The translations under genes were made by a program, and so were the position numbers. Source: Bacteroidota bacterium (GTDB lineage Bacteria; Bacteroidota; Bacteroidia; Flavobacteriales_D; Sanyastnellaceae). Taken from it: a stretch of 32,016 bases of DNA. The notes under the pieces are model-generated. The model made no database searches, was not told where the DNA came from, and saw nothing but the letters and a program-made list of their open reading frames with translations. The first letter of the stretch is position 1. Each line of letters begins with the position of its first letter. Shown here piece after piece: positions 1 through 9,073 of this stretch. Where the stretch lies: NCBI GenBank assembly GCA_041170085.1, contig JBEAZL010000171.1, positions 1 to 32,016 of the forward strand, given 5' to 3'.

Positions 1-94
1 ACTGGTTTCATGAAATAGGAATGAACATCAAAGATAACCCGATAACTTCACCCTTTTGCAAGAACTAATCGTGAGCTTCAATGTTCTCTTTGCG

Positions 95-1009
95 ATGAAA
101 CGGATACTGATAGCCGGGGGAACCGGAATGATAGGCAGGGAATTGACCAGAGTCATGCTTGAGCAGGAGGCTTCGGTATTCATCTTGTCTTCTTCTGCAC
201 GCAACGACAGCCGCGATGAGCAAGGTATTTACCGCTTGAAGTGGAATCCTGAAAAACGTGAAATCAGTGAACAAGCTTTCGGTCATTTCGATGCTGTGAT
301 AAATCTGGCTGGCCACACCATCAATTGCCCCTGGACAACTTCAAACCGCAGGAAAATACTGCAGAGCCGGGTGCAATCAGCGGGGTTTCTGACAGACATG
401 ATCCTCTCAGGTAAAATTCAAACCAAACTATACATTTCATCCTCCGCCATTGGAATTTACAGCAATACAGGAGAGGTAAAAACCGAGGAACATCCCAAAG
501 GAAAAGACTTCCTGTCAGAAGTATGCCAGTCATGGGAGCATGCCTCTGAAGCACTTATTCAGGCAAATGTTCGCAGGGTAATCTTTCGCCTGCCTGTGGT
601 ACTCTCCAATAAGGGCGGTATGTTGCCGGCCATCTTGCCATTAGCAAGACTAACCGGTGGCGTGGTAGCAGGATCAGGAAAGCAACATATGAGCTTTGTA
701 CATGCAACCGATGTTGCAAGAGCTGTCTCTTTTGCCATTGAAGATACCCATGCTGAAGGCACCTACAACCTTTCGGCGCCCGAAATACCCACAGCACTCG
801 ACTTCGCGGAAGATCTTGCGCACGCCATAGGCCGAAAACTGTTTATCACCCGAACACCGGCATTTATTTTCCGGCTTGTCCTTGGGGCGAGATCCGGTTT
901 ACTTCTGGATGATCAGCAAATCGACGGATCTAAACTCCGTTCCCTGGGATTCCAGTATCAGTTCAATTCAATTGACGAGGCTTTGTCCAACCTATACCCT
1001 CGTCGATGA
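95..1009 (+). CDS. Atypical SDR, TIGR01777/SDR39U1 epimerase-family protein (YfcH-like, DUF1731-type C-terminus)
   Basis: The ORF track opens on TTG at 56. The first ATG at 95 gives MKRILIAGGTGMIGRELTR, a Rossmann GxxGxxG N-terminus. The C-terminal GSKLRSLGFQYQF tail is typical of this family. The stop overlaps the next start (ATGATG at 1006-1011). Confidence 0.75.
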   Translation: MKRILIAGGTGMIGRELTRVMLEQEASVFILSSSARNDSRDEQGIYRLKWNPEKREISEQAFGHFDAVINLAGHTINCPWTTSNRRKILQSRVQSAGFLTDMILSGKIQTKLYISSSAIGIYSNTGEVKTEEHPKGKDFLSEVCQSWEHASEALIQANVRRVIFRLPVVLSNKGGMLPAILPLARLTGGVVAGSGKQHMSFVHATDVARAVSFAIEDTHAEGTYNLSAPEIPTALDFAEDLAHAIGRKLFITRTPAFIFRLVLGARSGLLLDDQQIDGSKLRSLGFQYQFNSIDEALSNLYPRR

Positions 1010-2322
1010 TGACTGATAAAACCGCCATATTCTGGTTTCGCCGTGACCTGAGACTCGAAGACAATCACGGACTCTTTGAGGCACTTAAGTCCGGATCTCC
1101 TGTTATACCTGTTTTTGTATTTGACACCCAAATTCTTGACCATCTCGAAGACAAAAAAGATGCGAGGGTCGAGTTCATTCATCTCGCTCTTCAGGACATT
1201 GATACGAAGCTGAAAAATCATGGTGCGGGACTTCATGTTGCCATCGGTGATCCTACAGAAGTAATTCCTCGTCTTGCGAACCAGTTTAACGCCCATACGG
1301 TTTATGCCAACCGCGACTATGAGCCATATGCGCGAAAGAGAGATGAATCCGTATACCGTTCTCTGCTGGCACGGGGAATAAATTTTAAAGGTTATAAGGA
1401 TCAGGTATTGTTCGAGAAATCCGAGGTAATGAAGGCCGACGGTCTCCCCTACACTGTCTTTACACCTTATAGCAAGAAGTGGAAAAGCCTTCTGGCAGTT
1501 CAGGGAATCCCGGAATATCCATCGGAGACCTTGCTGTCCAATATGAAATCTTCAGACATTGATTCATTTCCCGGCCTGAGTGATATCGGATTTGCAGCTT
1601 CAGGAATTGAATTCCCTTCTGAACATGTTGCCGACGGCATACTGCAGCATTATGCAGAAACACGGGATATTCCCGGAATCCGCGGTACGAGCAGACTCAG
1701 CGTTCATTTAAGGTTTGGAACCATCCCGGTCCGGAAACTAACGGCCAGAGCTTTAAACCTGAATGAGAAATACCTGAACGAACTCATCTGGCGGGAATTC
1801 TATCAGATGATCCTCTGGCACTTTCCTCAGACCGTTGACAACGCTTTCAACTCAAAATACGACCGTATTGAGTGGGAAAATGACGAGAACCTTTTTGCAT
1901 TGTGGAAAGAGGGTAAAACAGGATACCCCATTGTCGATGCAGGCATGCGCGAACTGAATCAAACCGGATACATGCACAATCGAGTGCGTATGGTGGTTGC
2001 CAGTTTTCTGTCCAAGCATTTGCTTATCGACTGGAGGTGGGGTGAACGCTACTTCGCGTCCAAACTGCTGGATTTTGATCTGGCAAGTAATATTGGCGGT
2101 TGGCAATGGGCAGCAGGATGCGGATGTGATGCAGCTCCGTATTTCCGGGTATTCAATCCTTATCTCCAGCAACAGAAATTCGATCCGGATTACGCCTATA
2201 TACGAAAATGGATCCCCGGCTTTGATCCTGATCATTACCTGAAACCAATTGTAGAACATACTTTCGCGCGAGACAGGGCCATCCGGACATACAAGGTGGC
2301 ACTTGAAGTAAGAGAGGTATGA
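1006..2322 (+). CDS. phrB: Deoxyribodipyrimidine photolyase (class I CPD photolyase / cryptochrome family)
   Basis: N-terminal FWFRRDLRLEDNHGL, TVFTPYSKKW, WREFYQ, and the FAD-binding signature GGWQWAAGCGCDAAPYFRVFNP closely resemble the E. coli PhrB motifs. 438 aa. Confidence 0.85.
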   Translation: MMTDKTAIFWFRRDLRLEDNHGLFEALKSGSPVIPVFVFDTQILDHLEDKKDARVEFIHLALQDIDTKLKNHGAGLHVAIGDPTEVIPRLANQFNAHTVYANRDYEPYARKRDESVYRSLLARGINFKGYKDQVLFEKSEVMKADGLPYTVFTPYSKKWKSLLAVQGIPEYPSETLLSNMKSSDIDSFPGLSDIGFAASGIEFPSEHVADGILQHYAETRDIPGIRGTSRLSVHLRFGTIPVRKLTARALNLNEKYLNELIWREFYQMILWHFPQTVDNAFNSKYDRIEWENDENLFALWKEGKTGYPIVDAGMRELNQTGYMHNRVRMVVASFLSKHLLIDWRWGERYFASKLLDFDLASNIGGWQWAAGCGCDAAPYFRVFNPYLQQQKFDPDYAYIRKWIPGFDPDHYLKPIVEHTFARDRAIRTYKVALEVREV

Positions 2323-3398
2323 ACCAGCAACAATTATTCAAGGAACTACGGGTCATTGACCTTTCCACCGTACTGGCGGGGCCATCCGTTGGAACTTTCT
2401 TCGCCGAATTGGGCGCACATGTAATCAAGGTTGAAAACAGGACCAATGGCGGAGATGTAACGCGGAGCTGGAAGCTTGCTTCTGAAAAAGCTGAGCAGGA
2501 TGTTTCTGCATATTTCGCATCAGTAAACTACAAGAAAGACTACATCTTCCTGGACCTGCGATCAGAGGATGACATGTTCATGTTGAAATCCATGATCGCA
2601 GGTTCCGATGTTCTGATCACCAATTTCAAAGAGGGAGATGCTGAGAAATTCGGACTTGGATTTGCGACTGTAAGATCCTGGAATCAGAATCTTATCTATG
2701 CACACATCGGTGGTTTTGTGTCGAACCCGGAAAGGGTGGCCTATGATGTGGTTCTCCAGGCTGAAACAGGCTTCATGAGCATGAACGGAACACAGGAATC
2801 TGGTCCGCTGAAAATGCCTGTTGCCCTCATTGATGTGCTTGCTGCCCATCAACTCAAAGAGGGAATACTCTGTGCTTTGATCGCGCGCGAACGCGATGGT
2901 GTGGGGTCTTATGTGGAAGTAAGTCTTGAGCAGGCTGCCATATCTTCACTGGTGAATCAGGCCAGCAATTTTCTCATGGAAGGATATGTAGCAGGTCTGT
3001 CGGGTTCACTGCATCCAAACATTGCTCCGTATGGGGAAACTTTCAATTGTTCGGACAACAGATTGATAGTTCTGGCAGTCGGAAGTGACAAGCAGTTTGA
3101 ATCATTATGCGGTGTACTTGGTGCAGATGACCTGATCAGCAAGACTGAATTTGCAACAAACCCCGACAGGGTGAAAAACAGGACCAGCCTTTCGGAACAA
3201 TTATCTCATTTCTTCAGAAAGTTTGAATCAGAAAATCTGATTGCTGAACTTACTTCCCGGCATGTCCCCTGTGGAATCATCAGAAACATGGATGAAGTGA
3301 TGCAAACAGCCAGAAAGCAAAATATGATTCTGGATGAAGTTATAAATGACACCCCCACCTCAAGGGTTTCAGGGGTCGCTTTCAGACTCAGCCGCTGA
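2319..3398 (+). CDS. Family III CoA-transferase (CaiB/BaiF family)
   Basis: N-terminal LRVIDLSTVLAGPSVGTFFAELGAHVIKVENRTNGGDVTRSW matches the family III signature (VxDLS..xAGP...LxxxGAxVIKVE..xGDxxR). The start forms an ATGA overlap with the photolyase stop. Confidence 0.85.
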   Translation: MNQQQLFKELRVIDLSTVLAGPSVGTFFAELGAHVIKVENRTNGGDVTRSWKLASEKAEQDVSAYFASVNYKKDYIFLDLRSEDDMFMLKSMIAGSDVLITNFKEGDAEKFGLGFATVRSWNQNLIYAHIGGFVSNPERVAYDVVLQAETGFMSMNGTQESGPLKMPVALIDVLAAHQLKEGILCALIARERDGVGSYVEVSLEQAAISSLVNQASNFLMEGYVAGLSGSLHPNIAPYGETFNCSDNRLIVLAVGSDKQFESLCGVLGADDLISKTEFATNPDRVKNRTSLSEQLSHFFRKFESENLIAELTSRHVPCGIIRNMDEVMQTARKQNMILDEVINDTPTSRVSGVAFRLSR

Positions 3399-3400
3399 GT

Positions 3401-4324
3401 TTAGTTTCTGATAATTTTAATCTCGTAGCTGCGGCCCTGGCGATTTTTCAGATAAGGCTGGCGTAACCACGGATTGAGCATCTTCAGCTCCTTGTACGTG
3501 ATGCTATGTTCAACAGCAAAAGCGGCAAAATCTTCAATCGGCCCGGAAATGGTTTCCACATCATATGAATATGGCTGATACAAATCAGAAGGACGAATTA
3601 CAAATCCGTACTGATCGGCATTATTCAGAATGGTCTTCGCAGCGAGTATTCTGCACACATATCTCGACGTTTCCTCGTTGAGCAGCAAATCCCAATAACG
3701 GTTCTGCTGCTGTGTATTCATTTGCTGCTGTATGCCGTTTATACCCATATTGTATGAACCGGCAACAAGCGACCACTCACCGAAACGGGCATATGCTTCC
3801 TGAAAATACCCGCAAGCAGCTTCTGTACTTCTTTCAATGTTATACCTTTCATCAACCTCATCGTTGATCTCAAGTCCATATCGCTTTCCTGTTTCTTCCA
3901 GAAATTGCCAGAAACCAACCGCTCCGCTGGGAGAAACTGCGTTGGTGAAATTACTTTCCACGAGGGCGAGATATTTGAAATCATCAGGGATACCATTCTT
4001 CTTCAGAATAGGTTCAATGACCGGAAACCAGCGATTCGCCCTTTTCATCCATAGGAAAGCATTACTGTGCCAATAGGTATTTACCAGAAACTCGCGGTCA
4101 ACACGCTCCCAGACATCCGGATTATCCAATGGAACTTTCTCGCCCGCGAATTCAAGATTCTCCGGAACCGGGATGGTATAAATCCGGTAATCTTCATTCC
4201 TCATTCTCTCGTATTCCGCCCTGTTATGATCGTTGTCGCCAGAGAATCCAAATATTGAAAATACCACTGCTCCTGCGGTAATCAACGCAAGCACAATGAC
4301 AACTACATACTTAGGGATATTCAT
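3401..4324 (-). CDS. Membrane-anchored lytic murein transglycosylase (SLT domain, MltD-like core)
   Basis: N-terminal TM helix (VVVIVLALITAGAVVFSIFGF). SLT catalytic region: DFKYLALVESNF (catalytic Glu), GAVGFWQFLEETGKRYGL and AGSYNMG. The ATG at 4322-4324 overlaps the stop of the upstream gene. Confidence 0.8.
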   Translation of the reverse strand: MNIPKYVVVIVLALITAGAVVFSIFGFSGDNDHNRAEYERMRNEDYRIYTIPVPENLEFAGEKVPLDNPDVWERVDREFLVNTYWHSNAFLWMKRANRWFPVIEPILKKNGIPDDFKYLALVESNFTNAVSPSGAVGFWQFLEETGKRYGLEINDEVDERYNIERSTEAACGYFQEAYARFGEWSLVAGSYNMGINGIQQQMNTQQQNRYWDLLLNEETSRYVCRILAAKTILNNADQYGFVIRPSDLYQPYSYDVETISGPIEDFAAFAVEHSITYKELKMLNPWLRQPYLKNRQGRSYEIKIIRN

Positions 4325-5298
4325 GAAGGATAAACGAATTTACGCTGTGAAATATTTCTTCTGCTGATCAAAAATAGCGCCGCGAAAACCAGAACAAAAT
4401 AAATCAAAGAAGATACAATTGGGAAATTGAAGACGGAGAACATGATCCAGGGACTGCTATACACAATGGAATACAGCCAGGGGATAAACTCTTCTCTGAC
4501 TCCGGCATAGACCAAATGATGAGTACTATGGTCGCGACCTCCGACGGCAGGTGATATACCCGCCATGAGCCTGTTGATCACAACCAGCAAAGTATCAGCT
4601 GCAGGCAGACAAAACAACAGACAGAGGGTTGAAATAAGCTGCACATCCAAGTGCAATTCACCCCATCGGCCTTCTGAAACAAATCCTATGCCTACGTAAC
4701 CGATGAATAACCCCAGGAATAGACTTCCACCGTCGCCCAGATACATTTTCGCCGGTCTCAGATTGAAAAAGAGAAACACGAGCAATCCCGGAACGATGAA
4801 CAATGATGGCCAGACATCGCCGGCGGCAATATTCCAGGCGCAGAACATGAGCACAATGGCAGCAGCAACGCCATCCATATTATCCAGCATATTCAGCGAG
4901 TTCATGAGGGCAATCATCAGAAAAACCAACAAAACGGCATTCAACGAAAGCAGACTGATATCGCTGCACACAAGCATCAATACCGAAGCCAACAATTGCC
5001 CGATCAATTTCAGTCTTGGTGAAATGGATCGCATATCGTCCCACAACCCTGTTATAAATGCTGCAAAAAATGCGGGAATGGCCATGATCACGAAGGAAAC
5101 ATTTTCACGATGAAATGCCATGGCAAGAAGAAAGGACAGAAACAATACAAGACCACCGAGAGTGGGAACCTTTTGTGAAGACCAGCGCAGTTGCCCGGTG
5201 CTTCCCTTATTGGTACCCAGACTTTTTACCTTCTGCAACAAGAACCAGGCGATGCAGAACGAAAGAATCAATTCCAGGCCATATGTGATCCAGTTCAC
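4321..5298 (-). CDS. MraY/WecA-family polyprenyl-phosphate N-acetylhexosamine-1-phosphate transferase (glycosyltransferase family 4)
   Basis: Polytopic membrane protein of about 10 TM helices. It carries GLWDDM and NMLDNMDGVAA motifs typical of the WecA/MraY family. There is no usable in-frame ATG near the N-terminus, so a GTG start at 5298 is assumed. Confidence 0.8.
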   Translation of the reverse strand: MNWITYGLELILSFCIAWFLLQKVKSLGTNKGSTGQLRWSSQKVPTLGGLVLFLSFLLAMAFHRENVSFVIMAIPAFFAAFITGLWDDMRSISPRLKLIGQLLASVLMLVCSDISLLSLNAVLLVFLMIALMNSLNMLDNMDGVAAAIVLMFCAWNIAAGDVWPSLFIVPGLLVFLFFNLRPAKMYLGDGGSLFLGLFIGYVGIGFVSEGRWGELHLDVQLISTLCLLFCLPAADTLLVVINRLMAGISPAVGGRDHSTHHLVYAGVREEFIPWLYSIVYSSPWIMFSVFNFPIVSSLIYFVLVFAALFLISRRNISQRKFVYPS

Positions 5299-5310
5299 GT
5301 TCTGTGGATA

Positions 5311-5853
5311 TTAGAAGTGAGATTCTGAATGCGCCAAAACAGGAGCAGCGGCATCTTTGGGCGAGATAATCGGGTCTGATATACCCCAATTGATGCCCAG
5401 TGCCGGATCATTCCAAAGCAGGGACCGCTCGTGTTCCCTGCTATAGTATTCTGAGCATTTATAGCAGAAAACGGTTTGGTCCTCGTGAACCAGAAATCCA
5501 TGCGCAAATCCTGCTGGTATGAATAACTGCTTCTTATTACTTGCAGAGAGTTCTATTGCGAAATGCTTTCCATAAGTGGGCTCAGACTTCCGCAGATCAA
5601 CCACCACATCCAGCACAGCACCCCTCACCACACGCACCAGCTTCGCCTGTGCAAATGGCGGAATCTGATAGTGCAATCCCCTTAATACACCACGGTTTGA
5701 GCAGGATTCATTGTCCTGCACAAAGCTGATCTCTGAATCAATGGCATTGAAAAGCTTACCCGAGAAAGACTCCATGAAATAACCCCTGTCATCCAGAAAA
5801 ACAACAGGATTCAACACTACCAGTCCTCTGAAACCGGTTTCTTCAATGTTCAT
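5311..5853 (-). CDS. rfbC: dTDP-4-dehydrorhamnose 3,5-epimerase
   Basis: 180 aa cupin. Motifs FLDDRGYFMESF, SNRGVLRGLHYQ, AKLVRVVRGAVLDVVVDLR and IPAGFAHGF are classic RmlC motifs. The ATG overlaps the wzc stop (ATGA on the minus strand at 5850-5853). Confidence 0.9.
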   Translation of the reverse strand: MNIEETGFRGLVVLNPVVFLDDRGYFMESFSGKLFNAIDSEISFVQDNESCSNRGVLRGLHYQIPPFAQAKLVRVVRGAVLDVVVDLRKSEPTYGKHFAIELSASNKKQLFIPAGFAHGFLVHEDQTVFCYKCSEYYSREHERSLLWNDPALGINWGISDPIISPKDAAAPVLAHSESHF

Positions 5854-8267
5854 TTCTTATTCCTCTTGCGTTTGCGTGACGAATCGCTCTCATCGTAATA
5901 TCCTGAGTAGCCATAGCCATAACCGTAGCCATAACCATAGCCGTAGTTATACTTATAAGAGTAGCGGTTTCGGTCGATATCCACTCCATTGAGCACTGCC
6001 GCAAGTCTTGAAATCTTGTTCTCATTGACAAGCTTATCGGCAACCTGAACGAATTGCTTCTTGGAATGATCTGCACGGAAAATGAACAGAGGATACTCTG
6101 CCATCTGAAGCAGTTCAATACCATCAGACACGAGACCAACCGGAGGTGTGTCGGCAATGATATAATCATAACGCCCTCTCAGTTCGCGGATAATTTCCTT
6201 CATCCGGTCATTAATGATAAGCTCCGATGGATTGGGAGGTACAGGGCCTGCAGTGATATACTGCAAATTGGGGAGCGACGTCTGATGCAGACAACCATCA
6301 ATGGTATCACGACCAATCAGAATGGTGCTCATACCCTTATCGTTCTCAACCTTGAATGCTTTATGAATTTTCGGCTTCCGCATGTCGAGATCTATGACCA
6401 CCACCTTCTTACCGGAAAAGGCCAGAATACCAGCCATGTTGAGCGAGACGAAAGTCTTGCCCTCTCCAGAAATGGTCGAAGTAACAGCCATCAGTTTGGA
6501 TCCGGGGCTGTTATCAATGAACTGCAAATTGGTCCTGATGGAACGGAACGATTCTGCAATCAGAGAACGCGGGCTCTTGTCCACAATGAGCATTGAAACG
6601 GGAATGTCTTCCTTATAACGGGGAACAATTCCAATGGTTGACAACGTTGCATTTGAAAGCCTGACAATCTCACTGAGTGAGGTGATGTTGTTGTGCAGAA
6701 AGTAACGCACACTAACAAGGATCAGCGAGACCAAAACAGCTCCCAACATGAACGCGAAGATGATGACCTTCTTTACAGGCCTTACCGGTTTACTTGGTAT
6801 TCCGGCCTCCTCAAGAATCTGGTTGCTCGACACAAACCCTTCTTTCGAAATTCTGTACTCTATAGACTTCTCGAGAAGCAGGGTATAATACTTTTCGTTG
6901 ATGGTGAATAACCTCTGAAGTCGGGCATATTCAATTTCGCGGGTAGGCATGTCAAAATAAACCGACTCAACATCACTCACCTTCCTGCGAAGCTGATCCA
7001 TTGAACTCTTGATCTGAGTCCTGAGGGTACTGAGACTTTGCACAATCAGGTTCTTCTGGATACCAATTTTATAATCCAGCGACTTCACATATTCGTTTTC
7101 TTCGGTGTAGATGAATAAGGCGTTCTCCTTCTCCAGCATGATGCGATACAGCTCGTCGAGCAGTTTGCCCAGCGTGGGTTGGTAACGACTTCCTGCCACA
7201 AGGGGAACCAGGCTATTCACCTCCACATTATTCGCGCTCTTCTTGGCGAGAACTTCAACTTCATCGAGTAATTTCAATTCAACATCGAGCGCCACTATAT
7301 CATTTTCCAGACGGCTGAGTCGATCAAGGTATGATTTTCCCATCTCGTCAAGGTCAGTAACCTTATTCTGGGAACGAAAGGTGTTGAGCATAAGCTCCGA
7401 CTCGCGGAGATTGGTAAAAACTGTATCGATCTGGTTATCCAGAAACGTAATCACATTCTCGTCGGAACGCCTGCGCTTTTCCAGGTCAAAGTCGATGAAC
7501 TCGTTTGCGTGTTCTGTCACGAAGTCTCTGGCAAGAACAGGATTGTTATCGGAGAATGAAATCTCGAGGGTTTTCGCAGTATTGTTGGCTATGCGGATAT
7601 CAAGATTCTCGTAAAAGCGATTAATCAGACTCTTTCGCGAGTTGATTCTGAATGAAAGCTCATAATCCTCATCCTCACTGAGTGCAGCCGGACCATTTAC
7701 AAGTTCCAGCCTGAAAATAAAATCACCTGTATCGTGCCAGTCATTCACCGTGAGTCCGTTGATCGTTTCACCCTGATAGATGATGCTGAACGTGGTGGTA
7801 TCCTGAAACATCACAGGAATGAGGTGGTCGTATGCATCGGAATTACGAATGGTATCTATGTGAACGATATAGGTTGATGTTTTATATCGTTCATTGGACA
7901 ATATCTGCCCTTTAGCGAAATAGGAAATTCCCAGGGGAAGTCTTTCAATGGTTCTGCCGATCAACAGCTTGCTTCGAAGCTGTTCTACTTTCACATCAGC
8001 GCTGTTATCCTCCTTCAGCGAATTCACGCCAAGGATTTCCTGAGCATTGTTGTCCTGTCCGAGCTGGATAAGAACCTTAGCGTTATATACTACCGGAGTG
8101 TATCGGAGATACAGGAAAGTGGCAATACCAAAAACCAGAAAAATCACAGCAACACCCGGGAGTGATCTGCGAACTATATACACAAAAAGTCCAAGATCGA
8201 ACTCATTGCTGAAGTTCGTAAGTCTGGACTTATACTCTTCGATATTTCTATTGCCGAAATTCTCCAC
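5850..8267 (-). CDS. wzc: Polysaccharide co-polymerase / bacterial tyrosine autokinase (Wzc/Ptk/EpsB type)
   Basis: 805 aa. It has an N-terminal TM helix, a long coiled-coil Wzz-like region and a second TM helix. Kinase motifs: Walker A SGEGKTF, Walker A-prime VVVIDLDMRKP, Walker B YIIADTPP. The C-terminal Tyr cluster is RYSYKYNYGYGYGYGYGYGYSGYY. It apparently starts on GTG at 8267. Confidence 0.9.
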   Translation of the reverse strand: MENFGNRNIEEYKSRLTNFSNEFDLGLFVYIVRRSLPGVAVIFLVFGIATFLYLRYTPVVYNAKVLIQLGQDNNAQEILGVNSLKEDNSADVKVEQLRSKLLIGRTIERLPLGISYFAKGQILSNERYKTSTYIVHIDTIRNSDAYDHLIPVMFQDTTTFSIIYQGETINGLTVNDWHDTGDFIFRLELVNGPAALSEDEDYELSFRINSRKSLINRFYENLDIRIANNTAKTLEISFSDNNPVLARDFVTEHANEFIDFDLEKRRRSDENVITFLDNQIDTVFTNLRESELMLNTFRSQNKVTDLDEMGKSYLDRLSRLENDIVALDVELKLLDEVEVLAKKSANNVEVNSLVPLVAGSRYQPTLGKLLDELYRIMLEKENALFIYTEENEYVKSLDYKIGIQKNLIVQSLSTLRTQIKSSMDQLRRKVSDVESVYFDMPTREIEYARLQRLFTINEKYYTLLLEKSIEYRISKEGFVSSNQILEEAGIPSKPVRPVKKVIIFAFMLGAVLVSLILVSVRYFLHNNITSLSEIVRLSNATLSTIGIVPRYKEDIPVSMLIVDKSPRSLIAESFRSIRTNLQFIDNSPGSKLMAVTSTISGEGKTFVSLNMAGILAFSGKKVVVIDLDMRKPKIHKAFKVENDKGMSTILIGRDTIDGCLHQTSLPNLQYITAGPVPPNPSELIINDRMKEIIRELRGRYDYIIADTPPVGLVSDGIELLQMAEYPLFIFRADHSKKQFVQVADKLVNENKISRLAAVLNGVDIDRNRYSYKYNYGYGYGYGYGYGYSGYYDESDSSRKRKRNKK
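5907..5942 (-). repeat. Imperfect hexanucleotide tandem repeat encoding (Gly-Tyr)x6 in the Wzc C-terminal tyrosine cluster
   Basis: The minus strand reads ggc tat ggt tat ggc tac ggt tat ggc tat ggc tac. Synonymous variation breaks perfect repetition. Confidence 0.9.
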
Positions 8268-8272
8268 TCAGA

Positions 8273-9037
8273 TTAAAAGGTACGTGCGAAGATGGCGTAT
8301 ATGAATGCGAGACCCGATATGATGGTAACATATGGGGCTACGTCTTCCATGGCACCTCTGGCAATCTCAGGAACAGGCTCAACATAAAGGATGTCACCGG
8401 CCTGAACAATCATATTGGCATATCGAATACCTTCTATGGTGCTCAGATCCATTAAATACACTTCCTGCTTTCCTTCCACCTTGCGGATAAGTTTTACCTT
8501 ACTGGCATTTGCCCTGTCAGATAAACCGCCGGCGAGTGCAATGGCCTCAATGACGCTTACGTTGTTATTGACCAGAGGAACAACCTGTGCATCAGCCCCG
8601 CTTCCCCTGAACACAATGACGCGTTGATTCACCACCGAGATAAGCGCGTAGGGATTATTGAATTCATCCAGATACATTTTCTCTGCCATATCCTGGGCCT
8701 CGAATATGGTGAGACCTGCTACGTGAATTCTGCCAATACTGGGCAATTCGACAAAACCAGATGCATCGACGAAGTATGTGAAATCGCGCATATTGAAATT
8801 CTGCTGCCTTCTCTCTATGGTATTGGTAGTGTATTCAAGAATCAGTGAACCCTCATTGGTAAACAACTGAAAGGTTATGATATCATTCGGGGCAAGGCGA
8901 TACTCTTTACCGATGGAATCAAGAGTGGGCGTATCGTACACGTAATCCTGATCCGTTTTGAACATAACATCCTTGTTAATAGTACACGAGGACATTCCCA
9001 GTATACAGGCAAGGACAACTATTAGACTACGAGTCAT
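8273..9037 (-). CDS. wza: Polysaccharide export outer-membrane lipoprotein (Wza family: Poly_export + SLBB)
   Basis: Lipoprotein signal (LACILGMSSC). Poly_export-like YRLAPNDIITFQLF. SLBB-like VSVIEAIALAGGLSDRANASKVKLIR. It lies 5 nt upstream of wzc. Confidence 0.85.
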   Translation of the reverse strand: MTRSLIVVLACILGMSSCTINKDVMFKTDQDYVYDTPTLDSIGKEYRLAPNDIITFQLFTNEGSLILEYTTNTIERRQQNFNMRDFTYFVDASGFVELPSIGRIHVAGLTIFEAQDMAEKMYLDEFNNPYALISVVNQRVIVFRGSGADAQVVPLVNNNVSVIEAIALAGGLSDRANASKVKLIRKVEGKQEVYLMDLSTIEGIRYANMIVQAGDILYVEPVPEIARGAMEDVAPYVTIISGLAFIYAIFARTF

Positions 9038-9065
9038 GTGGCTATTTTGATTTCTCTGTTTTCAG

Positions 9066-9073
9066 CAAAAATA
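9066..9073 (-). promoter_or_regulatory. Candidate Bacteroidota -7 promoter box (TATTTTTG on the minus strand) for the wza operon
   Basis: Plus-strand CAAAAATA is TAnnTTTG on the minus strand, 29 nt upstream of the wza ATG. No clear -33 TTTG was seen. Confidence 0.3.

Noticed and set aside
56-94. N-terminal extensions in the ORF track that begin on TTG or GTG, or on an ATG internal to the upstream gene (56, 9469, 15490, 17809, 25954, 28258, 29339)
   Set aside because: In each case a downstream ATG gives a canonical family N-terminus or a clean signal peptide or lipobox. Some of the extensions overlap the upstream gene.
6054-6596. Long antisense ORFs inside well-supported genes (for example 6054-6596, 4703-5113, 18564-19109, 20327-20863, 21837-22223, 24553-24924, 26758-27183, 27742-28110)
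   Set aside because: Each lies wholly inside a gene with strong family motifs on the other strand. None has a recognisable motif. Their composition (Arg/Ser/Cys/His-rich) is typical of non-coding frames.
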